The position numbers were made by a program, and so were the translations under genes. 64,000 nucleotides of DNA from Sarea resinae (lineage: Eukaryota), in NCBI GenBank assembly GCA_026026165.1, contig JAPEUD010000019.1:62001-126000 (forward strand). Direction: 5' to 3'. How positions within the stretch are numbered: position 1 is the stretch's first letter; each line of letters begins with the position of its first letter. This document shows positions 59,849 to 64,000 of this stretch, piece by piece. Under the pieces are notes generated by a model, which saw only the letters and a list, made by a program, of their open reading frames with translations, was not told the origin of the DNA and did no database searches.

Positions 59849-62359
59849 CTACCCAACCAACGCAGCAGTCACCCTCTCCCCCTCCTCCCTCTCCCTCTTC
59901 ATATCCTCACGCACGTCCTGATCTACGCTCCGCCCTCGCTCCACCCTCCCGGCCTTCATGCGCCCCTGCCCCTTCCCCTCGCCCTCCACCTCCCTCTCCC
60001 TTTCCCGCTCCCCAGCCCCCTCACCAACCCACCTCACGACCTCCTCCCGATCCCCCAGATGCCTGAGTTTCCTGATCCCAGCAACGGTCCAGCCATCGAC
60101 GTCGCAGCCGCGCGCGCGCATCTCGCGCAGCGCCTCGACCACGCGCCGCGTGTCCTGCATGCCCGCGTACCCGGCCACCAGCGTGTTATAAGTGACCTGC
60201 GACGGCACGATGGCGCGCTGCGTCATCAGCTGGCGCACTTTGGCGGCCGCCCGCGGCTGCGCGTGCGTCAGGTACGCGTGCAGGAGGATCGTCCATGTTT
60301 GCGTGGTTGGGGGTGCGTGGTGGGAAGGAGGATGGGAGGAAGAGGAGGACGAGGCGGAGGTGGTGGTGAAGTTCTCGTTGGCGGTAGTTTGGTTTTTGTT
60401 CTCGAGATCGGCATTGGCATCAGCGTCGACACCGGCACCAGGGGTGCGTGGCGCGGCGGGTAAAGGCGTTAACATATCCTCGATGACCCTGGGACACAAA
60501 GGCAGCGTCTTGGCACTGCGTCCCAGCGCCATCAGAAACGCATTGGCGACGTGATCGGAGCGGGCGAGGGCCGAGACCAGTGGGTGACGGCCTTCGGTCA
60601 GCAAGCGCCGGTAGTGCAGATAGAGGGCCTGCACGCGGCCGGGATCCTCGCACGCTTTCAGAAACGCCGAGACCATTATGCCGAGCGTTGGGGCGCCCGG
60701 TTCGAGGAGAGGTTGGTCTCTGTTGTTCTTGCCGGTGACGGAGGACGAAAGGCGCAGAGGGGGCTGCTGCTGGGGAGTGCTTGGTGGCACCAGCGTCAGG
60801 TCTTTCAGTGGCTGGATGCTGAAGTATGCTCGGTATGTTGCGAGACACGCTGAGAAGGTGGATGCGGCATCGCTGGATGCTGAAGAGGTGGCGATGGCGT
60901 CGAGCAGATCCGTGAGGATGTGCGGGCTTTTTGGTAGGATCCCCTCTTCGTGGGCGGAGCGGAGGACGTAATCGATGGTCGAGCGATCCCCGGATCGTTT
61001 GGCGTGGTTAGCTAGGATGGAATACGTGTATGCGTCAGTACGGATGCCGTCCTCTTTCGAGCCATTCCCCTTCAACATGTCGAAGATACGCCAGGCGGTC
61101 TCGGGATCGTTGCCTTCGAAGGCATTGAGGATGATGACGTTGTAGAGGACGACATTCGGCTGGATGCCCATTTCAAGGAGCTGCGAGAGGAGCCGCGAGC
61201 TGAGGACGTAGCCACCTTCTGATCTAGTGGCGGCTTGGCGGAGAAGAAAGACGCAGACACTTTGGATGCGGTCTGAACTTGGATCGATGCCGAGATCGAG
61301 GGCCGTTTGGAGAGCGTGCATAGTGCGCCGGAATGAGCTGTGTGCTGCTAGGTGATGGGCGAATTGAAGGAGAGTGTTTTCGTGTAGTGGAACGTCGGAA
61401 TCAGTTAGGGAATGGTAGAGCTGCTTGACCTGTTTTGCGTCGCTGTGCCGCAGAAGAGTATATATTGTTTTTTGCGAGATGTTGAGAGGCGGTGTATTTT
61501 GTCGGTCGAGTAACTTGGGCAGCACGCGTAGGACGTTACCCACAATTGTGGGGTTGGAGTCTTTTTTGCCTTGGAGAAAGTGGCTGGCGATATACTGCAG
61601 GCTATCCGAGACAGCTTGCCCAGGCGGATATGGGTAGACGTGGGTGGCTTCGAGAATCTCCAGTGCCGTTTCTGGAGAGTGAAATAACGTCCATAACATA
61701 ATATCCGGCCAACGATCTGTTTGATCCTTGACATCCCATTGAGCCCACACATGGGCCATGCTTTTTGCGTCGAGACCTCCTGCCAGAAGTTCTTCAACCC
61801 AGCTCTCTGTTTGCTGTCGTAGTTGGAGCTGTCTCAAACGTACGGGCTCTGAGCGGGCAGTGTTTCTGGGGTCATACTTGGCGTCGAGAAGGGCGAAGCG
61901 TTTGTTCCATTTCCTCCAGAAGGGCTCTAGACCAAACGTGAATAATCTCCCGTCTTTGGCAACAGATACGCGGGTAGGTCTTAGATACAGCCATTTTGTC
62001 GTAACACGAGGCCGAGTCTTATCAGCTTTCTCCTCAGGCCGCCGTGCTTTCCGCTGCTTCTCTCGCCAACGTCTGCTATATGCTCTTGCCTTGTCCTCTC
62101 TCAAGCTTTTCAGATAGGCGCTTTTTGCATCCTTGTCGACAAACTGTTCTCGTGCGTACCGCAATGACTCTTTTTTTTGTGGCTGACCTGACAATGTTGC
62201 ATTGGTCGTGATTTGATGTGCTCTCGTTCCCAGAAGCCGTGGGTTTGGAATCGGAGGCCATTGCGTTAACAGCCTCGGGGCTAGAAACGGGAGGATTGGC
62301 AAGTCCGTGTCTGAGAGTCGGCCAAGTTTATGCAGCGAGCGAAAGTACATGAGGGTCAT
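59849..62359 (-). CDS. Mitochondrial pentatricopeptide repeat protein
   Basis: 836-aa ORF with PPR-like units PNVVLYNVIILNA, TDAYTYSILAN, PTTQTWTILLHAY and PSQVTYNTLVAGYA; basic N-terminus. Confidence 0.88.
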   Translation of the reverse strand: MTLMYFRSLHKLGRLSDTDLPILPFLAPRLLTQWPPIPNPRLLGTRAHQITTNATLSGQPQKKESLRYAREQFVDKDAKSAYLKSLREDKARAYSRRWREKQRKARRPEEKADKTRPRVTTKWLYLRPTRVSVAKDGRLFTFGLEPFWRKWNKRFALLDAKYDPRNTARSEPVRLRQLQLRQQTESWVEELLAGGLDAKSMAHVWAQWDVKDQTDRWPDIMLWTLFHSPETALEILEATHVYPYPPGQAVSDSLQYIASHFLQGKKDSNPTIVGNVLRVLPKLLDRQNTPPLNISQKTIYTLLRHSDAKQVKQLYHSLTDSDVPLHENTLLQFAHHLAAHSSFRRTMHALQTALDLGIDPSSDRIQSVCVFLLRQAATRSEGGYVLSSRLLSQLLEMGIQPNVVLYNVIILNAFEGNDPETAWRIFDMLKGNGSKEDGIRTDAYTYSILANHAKRSGDRSTIDYVLRSAHEEGILPKSPHILTDLLDAIATSSASSDAASTFSACLATYRAYFSIQPLKDLTLVPPSTPQQQPPLRLSSSVTGKNNRDQPLLEPGAPTLGIMVSAFLKACEDPGRVQALYLHYRRLLTEGRHPLVSALARSDHVANAFLMALGRSAKTLPLCPRVIEDMLTPLPAAPRTPGAGVDADANADLENKNQTTANENFTTTSASSSSSSHPPSHHAPPTTQTWTILLHAYLTHAQPRAAAKVRQLMTQRAIVPSQVTYNTLVAGYAGMQDTRRVVEALREMRARGCDVDGWTVAGIRKLRHLGDREEVVRWVGEGAGEREREREVEGEGKGQGRMKAGRVERGRSVDQDVREDMKREREEGERVTAALVG

Positions 62360-62723
62360 CCTCTAAGGGTCATATATGCATCGTCGTATATTGTATGGCG
62401 ATTTGCAAAGCTTGACGTTCCAGGCTTGAGGAATCAACGTGGTCGGAGTTAAGGCTGAGGCTGAAAAGTTGCCAGAAGTACGAAGCGAAAGTCGCGAACT
62501 TTTGAACTTCATTCGAGTCCGGAGCTTGACGACACAGGCGCAGATCTCGCTCACCAGCCACTATCGCTCATGAGCATCCTCACCACGTCTCAGGTCCTGC
62601 AGGAACGGTCATCAATGCTTCGAATATAAAGCTGCAAAGAAACACCTCTAAAAGAGCATTCGCGCGCACATTCACAACAAAGCCACTCGCACGTCTACAG
62701 CTATTGAGACTCAGACAAACGCA

Positions 62724-63344
62724 ATGTCGACCAACCACTCTTCCCTCGAAGCCGCGTCCAACGAGCGCAAAGCCCGCCTGGCCAAGCTAAAGTCGCTGAA
62801 ACGAAAACAGCCCGACTCCTACGACGACACCGAAGAGTCATCCACCAAAGCCTCAGATGGCCTGCTCACATCTCCTGCCCCAGTAGACGTCACAACGACC
62901 TACTTGTCGGGGCGCAACTACGACGCCGCGACTCGAGGGCCAAAACTCGGCTTCGAAGACGCTCCTACGGAAGGTCAGGTCACGCTCGAAGATCAAGCGC
63001 GAGAGATAGCGGAGCAGACGGCAAAAGAGGCCGAGGAGGAAGAGAAGGCGGACCGGCCGATAGACCTGTTCAAGCTTCAGCCGAAGAAGCCGAACTGGGA
63101 TTTGAAGCGGGATCTCGATAAGAAACTGGAGGTGCTAAATGTGAGGACTGATAATGCCATTGCAAAGTTGGTGCGGCAGAGGATCGAAACAGCGCAGAAG
63201 GCATCGAAGGCGAATGGGATTGGCAGTTCCGAGGGAGAGAATGTGGGGATAGAGGGAACTACGTTGGTAGAGGGTATTCATATGAGGGAGAGAGAGGAGG
63301 CAGAAGATGAGAGGAGGGACGAGGAAGATGAAGAGATGTCATGA
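62724..63344 (+). CDS. CWF18: Pre-mRNA splicing factor Cwf18/CCDC12
   Basis: ERKARLAKLK, LSGRNYD and IDLFKLQPKKPNWDLKRDLDKKLEVLNVRTDNAIAKLVRQRI. Confidence 0.92.
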   Translation: MSTNHSSLEAASNERKARLAKLKSLKRKQPDSYDDTEESSTKASDGLLTSPAPVDVTTTYLSGRNYDAATRGPKLGFEDAPTEGQVTLEDQAREIAEQTAKEAEEEEKADRPIDLFKLQPKKPNWDLKRDLDKKLEVLNVRTDNAIAKLVRQRIETAQKASKANGIGSSEGENVGIEGTTLVEGIHMREREEAEDERRDEEDEEMS

Positions 63345-63809
63345 ATTTTCCAATCCGGCGTTTGGCAGGCATATTGATCGGGAAAGCCATGGCGTTTATT
63401 GTCTGGATCGAATGCCTTGGGTCTCCAGAGTGCTTCTCCGGGGTCTGCAAAATATTTCTAATAACTACAATCGCAAAAGCTACCATTACGAGACAATGAC
63501 TGGGCTGACGATGACGGGCATTGGTATTGTGAGGATGATAATTACATGATATCCTCAGAAACATCCACTGTCACCCAGATCTACGCATTCGGCAGACAGC
63601 TAATCAAGTCGTGCCACTATACCGCAGTAGTAAAAGTTTATCAACCTGGCGAAAAGTATCTATGCCTTTCCAATCATCTCATCAGCCGTGAATGCGCGGA
63701 AAATATCATTCTAATTATCAACACTTTTGGCCAGAGTTCATCACTGCTCGTCGACCCATGTCGCCAGAACTCCTCAATGCTGCACAATGCCAATACCACA
63801 GGAATACAG

Positions 63810-64000
63810 CTATGGAATGCTTTGCATCATGTACGGCTGAGGACCAGATTGCGGCGTGCTCTTAGATATAGAGGGTATCGAACCATACGCCTGAGGTGGA
63901 AGAGGCCTCTTGTTCTCCACGAACGGTGACATTTGAGGCGGGGGTGGTTTGGGAGGAAGATGTGATGGCGTTCCCCATTTGGATATTGTGCTGTGATTTG
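63810..64000 (-). CDS. Possible Pro-rich C-terminus of a gene entering from beyond the window
   Basis: Open frame ...KWGTPSHLPPKPPPPQMSPFVENKRPLPPQAYGSIPS...MMQSIP* from the window edge to a TAG at 63810-63812. Confidence 0.35.
   Translation of the reverse strand, partial: NHSTISKWGTPSHLPPKPPPPQMSPFVENKRPLPPQAYGSIPSISKSTPQSGPQPYMMQSIP

Overview
Eukaryotic, gene-dense genomic DNA from a filamentous ascomycete (Pezizomycotina; short GT-AG introns with CTRAY branch points). I can support about 24 mostly intron-containing housekeeping genes, recognised from memory of protein families with no database search. They include a PP2C phosphatase, mitochondrial bL17, MIC12, an SPX/VTC-like protein, MPP10, EFM6, a GNAT, AXL2, UTP25, eIF3f, TAF13, Kish, a DHA1 MFS transporter, a myo-inositol transporter, PNGase A, NAT2/FAM210, MCT1, an AFG1-like ATPase, TRAPPC2L, NDUFS7, a PPR protein and CWF18, plus partial genes at both edges. 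I saw no tRNA, rRNA, CRISPR array or intact transposon. The most notable unexplained signals are: (1) a strongly over-represented intergenic quasi-palindromic motif family (TACTYCGTA and TACCTAGGTA); (2) a -1 frame break in the AFG1-like gene at T_TTC_CCA with no good intron to repair it; (3) a GC-AG intron in the PP2C gene; (4) RIP-like patches, including a possible degraded GPP-repeat gag relic in a 5.8 kb gene-free block; (5) domains where gene 3' ends turn GC-rich and low-complexity next to microsatellite-rich spacers. I cannot demonstrate a new multi-gene system here.
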